A DNA stretch of 63,891 bases, filler included, from Octopus bimaculoides (Eukaryota), in NCBI RefSeq assembly GCF_001194135.2. It is 5 parts of 4 records of this genome, joined end to end, with 100 filler letters (N's around TTAATTAATTAA, not from the genome) between each part and the next. Parts side by side here need not be neighbours in the genome. Positions count along the whole stretch, not along the records: positions 1 to 29,059 come from NC_068987.1; positions 29,160 to 54,742 come from NC_068981.1; 3 more parts are not named here. One strand, 5' to 3'. The notes under the pieces were generated by a model, which had not been told where the DNA came from, made no database searches, and saw only the letters and a program-made list of their open reading frames with translations. A program made the translations under genes and the position numbers. Positions 24,701 to 37,089 of this stretch are shown here, piece by piece. The stretch's first letter is position 1, and the number at the start of each line of letters is the position of its first letter.

Positions 24701-26748
24701 GAGGGTCACCAGTGTCATATGGGAAGTGTTCTTCTTTAGTGCTTCTGTTGGGTTGTTGGCATGAACAATTAACAGAAAATTTATTTACTGCACATAGTAT
24801 TNNNNNNNNNNNNNNNNNNNNNNNNNNNNNNNNNNNNNNNNNNNNNNNNNNNNNNNNNNNNNNNNNNNNNNNNNNNNNNNNNNNNNNNNNNNNNNNNNNN
24901 NNNNNNNNNNNNNNNNNNNNNNNNNNNNNNNNNNNNNNNNNNNNNNNNNNNNNNNNNNNNNNNNNNNNNNNNNNNNNNNNNNNNNNNNNNNNNNNNNNNN
25001 NNNNNNNNNNNNNNNNNNNNNNNNNNNNNNNNNNNNNNNNNNNNNNNNNNNNNNNNNNNNNNNNNNNNNNNNNNNTGGGTTGTTGGCATGAACAATTAAC
25101 AGAAAATTTATTTACTGCACATAGTATTTTCCATCTTGGTTTTTGAATGAAAAGTACAAACAACAATTTATACACACTGGGAGGAACAAACTCTGTTGTC
25201 TTTGACAAAATAGCTGCTATGTTTCGTTCTGTGGCTATTCGGTCACAACTGGAGAAATATCATGCTAAATCCATGACAGCAAGTCTATACTTTCTATCTG
25301 CTTAGTTAGAGAGTGAAGAATGGAATTAAAACAACTGTCCAGCATTCTGTATCTGCAAATGATTGTAGAATGAAAATGAGAATAGAGTTGTCAACACAAC
25401 AGCCTCAACATTCTGAAGTTTAGAACCAAAGATTTGCCTATTTATTAGCCTTGTAAGAAAGTTCTAGAGGGTTGAATCACATGATGGCTTGATACTGATT
25501 GGTCAATTAATTGACTGATCACATGAAATCACTATGACACTTGGCTATTTGGCAATTCAGTTTCAAATGTGCTTTATGTTCTTTATTTTGTTTATTTACT
25601 TATTAATTTCTTTTTCTGTTTACTTCTTTTTTTTAAAACCATTTTTTTCTGTTTACCTTTGGTTTTGATTAGGATTTAAGACATTATTATTATAGTATTT
25701 AAATAAATTCTTTCCAGTTATTTTTCCTTTGTGGCTATATTTTCATTCACACTTGAGATACCCATTTAAATTATTTGACTGAAACAATGAATGTTTTAAA
25801 AAAGGATAATGTATTTAACAACTTTATAAACTGATAGAATTGCTACACCTGTATAAATGACTAAAGTGGTGATGTTTGTTGAATGGGACGTCAGATTAAG
25901 ATGCAGCCAAGCCACTCTTAAAACACACCCTACTGTGTTAAATAAGAATACATTGAATAATGTAGTCCTACATCTACTGTATTTGGTATAACAGATGAAT
26001 GCTCTCATTTGAGTGTTTCTTCATAATTTTCTGAACAATGGATAGGGGTGGGGGTTGGGCACAACGAGTAAGATTTACTGCTTTTTGACTCTGAGGAAAA
26101 AAAAATATTTACAAATGTTCACTACCTTACAAAAACTATATCAGCTAAGCAAATGACCTTCTCTAAATGCATTAAAAACATTATACAGAACACTTTTTCA
26201 GAAAATTATCACCGTTCTCTTTGAGCATGTAAAAGACGAATTTAGCTGGGGTAAAATGAATAAGACAAGATAAGGTAAATTTGCCTCTTCAGTTCTCCAG
26301 AATTACATTTGGAGAAAGGCTCATATACACATCAATATCCATCAGAAAAATCAGAAATGCAACAAAAATTTTAAATATTTAAGTCAAATGAAAGAGAATC
26401 ATGGGAAAATGACACATGATATGAAATTAACTAAACTCAACAAAATCTAAAACCTCAATATAAAATATTCTCCATAGTTTCTTCATGATCTGTTGAAGTG
26501 GCTCTCTTGTTATATTTACACACAGTTAAAGAGAAGAAATTGAAGTTAGCCATGATTCATTTTGCTCCAATTTAGACCCTTCTTTTGAAGATTGAAAATT
26601 ATCAAATTAGACATTAGTGTGGGAAATTCAACAGAGAAAAGAATATAGTTAAACACCAAAAATTATCCAGATATTTTATTAGTAACCCCTATAACAATTG
26701 GATCAAAGTTGAGGAAAAAGTTCTTGAAAAATAAAATGACTGTCTCCA

Positions 26749-26850
26749 GGTGAGGCTCATGTGGGTGCTTGGCTGTTCCAATGCCTCAGCTTCACCATTG
26801 CCCGTGGTAATGCAGTGTGCATGTTGGCTTGCTTTAGTAGGTCCTGTTGA
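26749..26850 (+). mobile_element. C-terminal remnant of a CRE-like restriction-like-endonuclease retroelement ORF
   Basis: GEAHVGAWLFQCLSFTIARGNAVCMLACFSRSC* resembles the terminal LFQRLSxAIQRGNA motif. Confidence 0.5.
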
Positions 26851-28036
26851 ACCATGTGGTGTTTGACCAATTGAATTGATTTGTTTTTTTCCTTTCTTTG
26901 TTCCTCTTTTATCGTTTTTTTCTCTCCTGGTTTTGGTTTGTATTTTTAATGTGGTTTTGTATTATGTATATATCATATACATATATGTTATATTCCAACA
27001 AAAATAGATTTCATTAGTCGCCACCTAACTGTTTCAAAATCTTTCAACTTCAACAATAACAACAACTTTGCTGAACAATTTTTACTTCCAAAGAGGATGC
27101 AACAGTACAAATTGATGCAATACTTGCAATGTAATGATTTCAAACAAGTAGGGAGAAAATAATAAGAAATCAGAAATTACTTATTTTGCCCTGGTTACCA
27201 TATTTTTAAATGAAAATTCGTCTATGTTACTGATGGTGTGGATTGCAATAATGTTGGAATTTGATGTGAAAAACATATGGTTGGGTAGGGAACAGATAAT
27301 TCACGCACCTTGGCTTTGGTTCTTCATACGTTTTGCCAGATCTGTAAAAAAAACTTTTCACAACAAATTTTGGCACTATCATGCTATTAGCTGTCAGAAG
27401 TGAAAGTGCTCACTGCTAGTGAAGTATCTGTCTGCCTGCCTGCCTGTTGCTGGCCTGTCGATTCTTTGGCTACTGACAGCTAATACCATGACTGGCCAGA
27501 GCGAGCTATATGTCTGTCTGTCTCTCTCTCTATCTATCTATCTATTACTCGAAAGTTCGCGCGTCCGCGCTAGCTAGTCGTGAGTAGAAAACACAAATTT
27601 AATATAAAAACATATTTCCTGAAATTGCCAATTATTTAAAATATAAAAATATAATTTTCAACAGAGAGAATTTATCAAAATAGAAAANNNNNNNNNNNNN
27701 NNNNNNNNNNNNNNNNNNNNNNNNNNNNNNNNNNNNNNNNNNNNNNNNNNNNNNNNNNNNNNNNNNNNNNNNNNNNNNNNNNNNNNNNNNNNNNNNNNNN
27801 NNNNNNNNNNNNNNNNNNNNNNNNNNNNNNNNNNNNNNNNNNNNNNNNNNNNNNNNNNNNNNNNNNNNNNNNNNNNNNNNNNNNNNNNNNNNNNNNNNNN
27901 NNNNNNNNNNNNNNNNNNNNNNNNNNNNNNNNNNNNNNNNNNNNNNNNNNNNNNNNNNNNNNNNNNNNNNNNNNNNNNNNNNNNNNNNNNNNNNNNNNNN
28001 NNNNNNNNNNNNNNNNNNNNNNNNNNNNNNNNNNNN

Positions 28037-28394
28037 TTTTTTTTTTACGGAATCCCACGTTTTAGGCTATGGAGATTCCGATTCTGAAAAAAGATTTTCA
28101 AAAATCTCAATTTCAAAATTTCGATTCCCCCACCCCCGGTTTTTATATAGATCCACAGGGTAAACCTAACCCTAACTCAAACCCTAACCCTAACCCTAAC
28201 ACTAGTTTTGTGAGATTTGGCTGTTATTTCTAGCATGTAAATAGCCTGCTTGATGTGTGGGGGGGGGGAATTGAAAATTTTCAAATATTTTTTTTTCAGA
28301 ATCGGAATCTCCATAGCCTAAAACGTGGGATTCCGTAAAAAAATTAATAAATAAGGGGGGGAAAGGTTCAGATTACATATAGTCCATCTCTACC
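28037..28394. mobile_element. Second copy of the telomere-core MITE, inverted relative to 18098-18559; left end lost in gap
   Basis: Collinear reverse complement of copy 1; (CCCTAA)n at about 28165-28200; ends GTCCATCTCTACC at 28394. Confidence 0.9.
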
Positions 28395-28454
28395 GAATTC
28401 AATTGTATAGAAAGTAGAAAAGACCAACATATACGAATATAACCAAATAAATAT

Positions 28455-28538
28455 CACGTGCAGCTTGCTTGTTTATATTCTCTCGATTCCGAAGTCATGA
28501 AATGAACAGCGTTTGAACTTCCGGAGAGAAGCGGAAGT
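28455..28538 (+). promoter_or_regulatory. CpG-containing promoter with E-box and inverted pair of ETS-type motifs
   Basis: CACGTG 28455-28460; ACTTCCGG 28517-28524; GCGGAAGT 28531-28538; about 95 nt upstream of the ATG at 28632. Confidence 0.55.
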
Positions 28539-28631
28539 TGTTATTTCTTCAACACATGTTTTAATTACGGCGGTTCTGTTCTTTATTCTCGTGTTTTTCC
28601 TTTCGAGGTTCTTCATAAACTGAAAGAGAAC

Positions 28632-28675
28632 ATGGTCAAAGTACAGTTTCGTGAAGCCGATGTGGCTAAGAAAAT
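28632..28675 (+). CDS. First coding exon of an unidentified plus-strand gene (MVKVQFREADVAKK, phase-2 end); N-terminus reminiscent of ITM2/BRICHOS proteins
   Basis: aacATGG start context, 14 codons + AT, then a consensus donor GTAAGT at 28676-28681, directly after the promoter-like block. MVKVxF resembles vertebrate ITM2B (MVKVTF), but 14 aa is too short to assign. Confidence 0.6.
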
Positions 28676-30231
28676 GTAAGTCTTCTATTTGAAATCCATT
28701 ATTGGGACTCTTAATTATAATATTGATGAATGTGCGTGAGAAATTACACCGTATAATGATGTTTACTCTCCAAATAAACACAACTCGAATTAAAAAAAGG
28801 ATTTCTTTGACGCTAATTGAACTTACTATTTCTTTTATACTGTTTGACAAGTCTAGTTAATCAGATTATTGTTAATTCAAGAATATACAAAGAATACGCT
28901 TATTTTTGTTAATGATAAAAATGTTAACAAGACTTATCAAGTGGGCCCCGAACCCACGTCTCCTAGTGCTCTCTTTTTACATCTACTATTTTCTTCGTCC
29001 ATATTTACAGTCGATATATAACATATGTATTTCTTTCCGATTTTGTTGGGCAAGACATTNNNNNNNNNNNNNNNNNNNNNNNNNNNNNNNNNNNNNNNNN
29101 NNNTTAATTAATTAANNNNNNNNNNNNNNNNNNNNNNNNNNNNNNNNNNNNNNNNNNNNTATATATATTTATACATATATATATACACACAAGTGTATGT
29201 ACACATGCATACATATATTCATATTTCATATATATATATATCTATATATATATATATATATATCATGTAAAAAGAAATCCGCTATCATTCGAGGAAGAGA
29301 TATTCGCATATATGCATAAATATATGCATGCATGTATATCTACATACATATGCACATATATGTAACTACTATGTACATAAATAACCACATATGTGTGTAT
29401 GTATATGTGATCAATGTTGTCACGTAGAATCGATTGCTTACGTTTCTTTATTGTGTGCAGATCTATGCCGAGCACTTGTACGTATATTCATACATACGTT
29501 CACACTGATGCACACACACAAACATACACTCGCACATACATACACACACGCACACACAGACACACAGACACACAGACACACAGACACAGACAGACTGACA
29601 GACAGATAGCCAGGCAGACAGACAAATACATATAACATTAATATACGTGTTTTATACGAAAATAATTGATACACTTATATAAATATAGATCTATATGTAT
29701 TAGTAGAGAGAAACACATTACAATAGTATATATATATAAGCTACAATATATATANNNNNNNNNNCACACACACACACACACACACACCTATGTATATCTA
29801 TATGTACATCAAAATTGTTGCGACGTTCTTCCAAATATAATTCCAATTATATTTGGAATTGCACATAGCTTTAGTTAGAAAATTGTTGCTTAAGCACTGA
29901 AGATTTCTTTGCGCTTTTGTGGTTTTTACAACATAATTGGATGACTTATATTTCCTTAATCCTGTAATTTCTGGCCGCGAATACACACACACACATACAC
30001 ATACACACACCTACACACTTACAGACATACACATATGCGCATATACACAGACGCACACACATACAATTACATGCACGCATATATACACGCACAAACACAC
30101 ACACACACATACACACACACACACACATACACACATACACGCACACAGAAATATTAAATGATATTTATCTACTGCAGCATGTAGTATGGATTTTGTTGAT
30201 CGTCCCTGTAAAGGAACAGTATATATATATC

Positions 30232-30300
<69 letters not shown>

Positions 30301-30551
30301 NNNNNNNNNNTTTGTATGTATGTGTATATATGTGTTTGTGTGCGCATGTGCGTGTGTATGCGTGCGTGTGTGTGTGTGTGTGTGTATGCGTTTGTGTGTA
30401 CGTATGTATGTATACATTCTATATTTACGTTTCCAATATAAGCACACAACTGAAAGAGGATACAATGGGTAATTATTAGTTTAATTGTCTATGAAAGATT
30501 AAGAATGTGGAAATATATTTTCGTTTTGAGACTGAATTCTTAAACGTTGCT

Positions 30552-30597
<46 letters not shown>

Positions 30598-31099
30598 ACA
30601 TGTGTGTATATCTTCCAGGTTGTAGGCTGTTAGAGAATTAAAATTACCTATATAAGTGGAATGTTTATATGTATGCATGTATGTGTATATGTACATATAT
30701 GCACATAATGGGTTGGGTACCTTTTCAGCTGCAGGTTCCTAAAACATAGAAGAAACATTTGGGTCGCCGAATTTTTTTCTTGATGTAATGCACCACGATT
30801 CTCTGTTGGACACTTGTAAATTCTGGAATTTGGCATTTATTCAAGAATTCAAATCAAACAATAATTTGATGTAGGCGAGATTATGGGAGGCGCACTCCAG
30901 AAATTGTGAAACTTTCGTTAGGTTTGGTAGTTACTACCGTCCTAGTTCTATATCATTTTTAGTCTGCCATTAGTATATATCTAATAAACTGGTCTGTCAA
31001 CTTAGTTTTTATTCCAGATTAAAGACAACGACTGGAATAACACTTTGAACACACTCTACGAAACACTGCTTCAAATAGTTGGATAGTTTGCCGAATTAA

Positions 31100-31700
31100 G
31101 TGAAGACCCGCAAACAATTTGAGATTTGTGCAATAGAGTAATGTTTTAAATTGGGAAAAACAGGACAGAAACATATGAAATACTCCTTAGTGCTTATAAA
31201 TTATCTTCTTTGAGACCAGCATCGGTTTTTCGCTGTAACAGGGGGTTCAAGATCGTAGACTGTCGGCGCAAAGCGATGAAGAATGCGATATGGAGAGGGA
31301 AGCCAGAATATCACAGCAGGTTGAGAAAATGCGTAAAGTTTGTACAAAATGTATTCCCAAGGTGCTCAGTGACGAACTAAAGGAAAGATTCTTGCGTGAC
31401 AGCAAAGGGATGATTGTGCTCATTACCTCCAGCCGATGAGTACTTTAGTCGCTGGTGAATGTGACGAAATGTAGATCTATTGTTTTGACCGAGACACAAA
31501 GTATCAGAGTGCTCAATCGAAATATCCTCTCTCTCCCAGATCTAAGAATGTCAGGAAGAGATTTCGTTGCATAAGGCCAGTTAGGTTGGTAGCGCTATTT
31601 TGAGGATCCTATTTTGAAGGAGATCATAGTTTTGTACTTCTTTGAAATTAATTTGTTTCTCCTGAAAAAGTTTGATAACTTCTGGAATGTACCTTATATA
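31100..31700 (+). mobile_element. Decayed mariner transposase
   Basis: GKNRTETYEIL..AY....RPASVFR (HTH), RKVCTKCIPKVLSDE (WVPxxL-like), CDExxIYCFDxxTKxQS (first catalytic Asp region); TIR-like end near 31670-31700. Confidence 0.8.
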
Positions 31701-32062
31701 TATCATATCTCAACGATAATAATAGTTGTGTATGTGTGTGTATGTATGTGTGTGTGTGTGTGTGTGCATGTGTGTTTGTGTATGTTTGTGTGTGTATGTG
31801 TATGTTTGTTGTTTGTTCCCCTAACATCGCATGACAACCGATGCTGGTGCGTTTACGTCCTCTTAACTTAGCGGTTAGGGAACAGTAAGTGATAGCATAA
31901 GTACCGGTTTACAGAGAATATGTCCTGGGGTCGATGTGCCCAACTAAATGCGGTGCTCCAGCGTGGCCGGAGTCAAATGACCGAAACAAGTAAGAGAATA
32001 AAAGAATATACATATATACACACACACATACATATATCCATATGCACATGTGTATAGCTATA

Positions 32063-32097
<35 letters not shown>

Positions 32098-34369
32098 NNN
32101 NNNNNNNNNNNNNNNNNNNNNNNNNNNNNNNNNNNNNNNNNNNNNNNNNNNNNNNNNNNNNNNNNNNNNNNNNNNNNNNNNNNNNNNNNNNNNNNNNNNN
32201 NNNNNNNNNNNNNNNNNNNNNNNNNNNNNNNNNNNNNNNNNNNNNNNNNNNNNNNNNNNNNNNNNNNNNNNNNNNNNNNNNNNNNNNNNNNNNNNNNNNN
32301 NNNNNNNNNNNNNNNNNNNNNNNNNNNNNNNNNNNNNNNNNNNNNNNNNNNNNNNNNNNNNNNNNNNNNNNNNNNNNNNNNNNNNNNNNNNNNNNNNNNN
32401 NNNNNNNNNNNNNNNNNNNNNNNNNNNNNNNNNNNNNNNNNNNNNNNNNNNNNNNNNNNNNNNNNNNNNNNNNNNNNNNNNNNNNNNNNNNNNNNNNNNN
32501 NNNNNNNNNNNNNNNNNNNNNNNNNNNNNNNNNNNNNNNNNNNNNNNNNNNNNNNNNNNNNNNNNNNNNNNNNNNNNNNNNNNNNNNNNNNNNNNNNNNN
32601 NNNNNACATGCACAAACACACGCTCGCACACATGATTGTATATTGAAATGACGTAATATACTCTTTTTGTATGTTTAATAAAGAATGTTCTAAACGGATA
32701 AAATTCTTCGATTGGAAACTGAGATAAAGAATGCGTTTTTTATATACATAATCATAGGGATTTAAATATATATTACAATACAGAAAAAAACGAGTGGAAA
32801 ACTGCTTAAACGAGGTTTTATTTTATATTGGAATGAAGAAAATAAGCAATAGTATATATAGTAAAAATAACTTTATTGCTTTGGGATCTGTTGTGATAGG
32901 TCAAACTAAAACATATATGACAGAATGTATTGTTTTCGTTTACGTTTAATCGAATCATTATGTACTCTTGCCAAAAGGTTGATATATTATTGATGGGTTA
33001 TTTATATATAACCTACCTAATCCTAACATAGTTTGGAGCTAATCACCTGCATTTAAGACGTCTAGAATCGTAAAAATGACATTACAAAAAGAGAATTAGT
33101 GATTCGTAAATTTAACGCTACATGTAAAATTAGCCTGAACTGCATTGCACTCATACAAAATCATTTCTTTGGTTATTTGATTAAGTACTTAGACTCTGTT
33201 ACTTTAATTAAATGATAAACTCTCATACTGAATCACTGAAAAGAATTTGGACACAGAGTTGTTTAGCTGCCATTTGTGGCGAACTATACGTGCACATTTA
33301 ACACTAAGTGAAAGCTTTAATCAAAACGATTTTAACTTTACTTAACATATCAGCAGTTTTCCATTGACATTGTTGGGAAATAGTTTTCTTTAACTGTATT
33401 TTTATATTCTTTGTAAGTCATAAATTGATTCTAGATTTTTGTTCACATGCTCTGTGTAACATTTTTCACTTGGGAAATACATAAAACTGACAAAATGGCA
33501 AATGAAGAGATTATTGAATAGCAGAGAGAGTTTGAAAACAATTACTTTATAGAGCAGGTGTAAAGAATTCCTATTTTATGATATGTACAAGTCAATCTCG
33601 CGTGAAATATGTTCCTTTTTATTATTATTCCCATCAAACTCAAATATCTAAGGCCGACATGATGTGTAATATTTTTAACTACTACTTGAAAGTTGGTAAG
33701 TAATATGACTTCACGGAAATGTTGGTTGGTGGGCATCATTCAAATATTTACATTCTCTGCAGTAATATATTTCTATATATGCACGTATATTTGTATGTAA
33801 GCTTACATACTTGGCACATTAGGATATATGTGTTTATATTTGTTAATGTGTACAACATTCCCTTAAAAGTTTTATAACTTGAAATCTTTTCACTTACAAT
33901 GATATCCTACCCTCACATTATTATATCAAATGGACAATTTTATCACATTATCAAATGGACAGTTTTCTCTCGACCTATCACTGCCAACAAAGTAGTATAA
34001 TTAATAGAAAACATTCAAATTCGGTAGTACGTGTCACTAGAATTCTTTCTTGCAACATCTAGCGCTACCAATATTCCTATAATACTAAAGACCAAGATAC
34101 AAGGAAATCCTGTTCATTTCGATAATGGCTGCTGAGAGAATGGCAAAACGTAAGGAGGATTTAAAGATGAATGATTATATTTAATGGGTATCACCACAAG
34201 CGTGCTATTCCCAACACCGCTAGGAAATTTTCTGAGAATTTTGCTTATACCATCTACAAATCTAAAGTATTTTTCCTTGTCTCACAAACGAGAATCCTAG
34301 ATTTCAACCATGGCTAATAGTTTGAATAATTTGAAAAGTAGTTGAGATGTTTGATGTAGACACAAAATA

Positions 34370-34385
34370 ATAATGATTATGATGG

Positions 34386-34447
<62 letters not shown>

Positions 34448-34582
34448 TACAAACTTGGAGGGGGGACTAGTCGATTACATCAGCCCCAGTATTCAACTGG
34501 TACTTAATTTATCGCCCACGAACGGAGGAAAGGCCAAGTCAACCTCGGCGGAATCTGAACTCAGAATGGAAAGACAGACTAC

Positions 34583-34627
<45 letters not shown>

Positions 34628-34700
34628 GTGGTGATGATGATGATGATGATAATGATGATGATGATGACGATGATGATGATGATAATAATAATAACAACAA

Positions 34701-34797
<97 letters not shown>

Positions 34798-34815
34798 AAG
34801 ATTTAGAATAACAAG
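34370..34815. repeat. Compound trinucleotide microsatellite (GAT/AAT/AAC/AGA) interrupted by a SINE B copy
   Basis: Directly visible runs; SINE B (-) at 34440-34570. Confidence 0.95.
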
Positions 34816-37089
34816 AAGGAAGAGGATAAGGTGGCGAGCTGGCAGAAACGTTAGCAAACCGGGCCAAATGCTTAGCGGTATTTCGTCTGCCGTTACGTTC
34901 TGAGTTCAAATTCCGCCGAGGTCAACTTTGCCTTTCATCCTTTCGGGGGCGATAAATTAAGCACCATTTGCGTATTGGGATCGATGTAATCGACTTAATC
35001 CCTTTGTCTGTCCTTGTTTGTCCCATCTATGTTTAGCCCCTTGTGGGCAATAAAGAAATAAGAAGGAAGAGGATAGTTAGCAGAGTTAGACTAAGACTAG
35101 TAGGCTGATTTCAAAAATCATAAAGTCCGAGAGAGAGGAAGACCATCGCCTGGTACTGAATATGTGCTATACAATCGAGAGAAACTAAATGTTTTAACGA
35201 GTCGATAGCTGCAGAGACAGTGATGGTTGGGAGGTGAGAATGATGTAAAACGTGATACTCAAAAAGCTTGTGGAAAATGAAATTAATTCATATCGAGAAT
35301 TGGGGATTAAAAAGAAAATTGCATTTCTACTACAATATGGGATGGATATGAGGGTCAGGAAGTGGTAAGAGTGTTTAAATCACTAATGTCGATAATTCAG
35401 AAGTAGATGGAATAATATTGATGTCCTTGTTGGACATATTATACCTGTGATGTGCTTTTTTTATGGTTGCAGATGTAAACGCTTTACCTGCTGGAAATGA
35501 AGCCAAACCATTTTCTATCCAAACCATTCCGTCTTAGAGAGAGAGAGGAAGATGTAATAAATGCTACTGCACTGGCTTAATGATGCATGAATTAAAACAA
35601 GAATGTAAATATATATTTTTAACGCAGAATTTCGGCGTGGAAAACTATTATTTATAGCTTATAATATATTAGATTCAAAACTTCGACTGGATAAAAAGAC
35701 GAAGGTTACCTGTGGTACGCAAATTACGCATCTTCTGTGCATATGGTAGACATGCTAACGAATTACACTAAAGTGACCTTCGGTCAATTTTCAATTAATT
35801 TAGGTGCTTTCATCATACAAGACCGATGTGTCATAGATGATTGAAATAACTCCGATCATAGGCCGGCTCCATTAGGGCAACAACAACTACAACAAAACGA
35901 CCACGAACAAAACAAAATAAAATATCAAAATGATACCAAGAATGAACCGCTTCCAAAATATAGAGATACAGGACCAATCTTCTCAGGAACCTAATTGGAC
36001 GAAGTTGAATAAACTAAGTCGATATTTCCTTTTTTTTTTTGTTTTGTTTTTTTGCATGACTTATAACTCTTCGGTTTTTACCAAAGCGCTGTCCTACTGA
36101 CCCATATCATCGATTGGTTAGATGCAAAAAAGAACGAAACAAGAAAAACGCAAAGAAAGAAAACACCTGATCAATATTTCTAAAATACAATTATTCCACT
36201 AGGAATTATCTTGAAGACTGTTTAACGTAAAGAAATCAAAACTATACAAAAAACCAAACAAAGTATACAGATGCAAGAATGGCTTCATAAACAGATTTGT
36301 TTACCTCAGACAATTCTTCTCATATCTGAAAATATCGGCAAGAAGTGAGGTGGAAGTGTGAGTTTATATATAGAGACGTATAGTTTATATACGCTATTAA
36401 ATCACATTTATATAGGGTATGTAACTACCACAGACACAGACAAGGATATCAATGTTCTCACACACGCAGGCACACACGCTTACACACACACAGACACACA
36501 TACACACACGCGCGCGCCCGCACCCACCCACTTATATATGTGTTAAAGATGCGTACGTATGCAAAACAGGGTGCTTATATATATATATATATACACATAC
36601 AGGAAATGATCAGAAACCATTTTCAATATGACTTTTACATATTTTTATAGAAATGGATTCATGTACATAGATATTAACAAAAGTGTATCTTTCCACGGGG
36701 GAGATGATACAGCATTAGCTGTCATCTTGTTTGAGAGAGTTTTTTCATATTTGTCTGAAGATATAGGTTTCAAATTTTACTGGCACAAAGCTAGCAAGTT
36801 CGGAGGAAGAGGTAAGACGCTTACACCGGCTCCAGTAGTTATCTGGTAATTGTTTTACCGACCCTGTAAAGATGAAAGTTAAACATGACCCTGGTGGAAT
36901 TTGAAAACAACGTAAGGATAATCTAAATATCACTAAGCATTTTACCCGGCGTGTATAAGTATGTCCATCTACAGAATGACCTCTGAGTTATCTTCACAAA
37001 ATAAACCTAGCAACAAGTACTTTCTCCAAAAGAAATTAACCTTACTGCTTTTTAAAGTTGTGTGAAGTAGACGAGGTGAAAGAAAACTC

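Noticed and set aside
24750-25128. Identical 53-bp sequence on both sides of a gap
   Set aside because: Most likely an unmerged contig overlap rather than a real tandem duplication.
28473-28850. 125-aa minus-strand ORF
   Set aside because: Antisense to the better supported promoter and first exon; no recognisable domain; non-ATG-style start.
29104-29115. TTAATTAATTAA islands inside N runs (also 54787-54798, 57850-57861, 60885-60896)
   Set aside because: Identical 12-mer with stops in all six frames, always flanked by Ns: an assembly spacer, not biology.
34493-34909. ORFs with poly-S/Y/C/H/L/I tracts, and the many CV/HT/YI-repeat or X-filled ORFs in the track
   Set aside because: Translations of microsatellites or N gaps; no splice or domain support.
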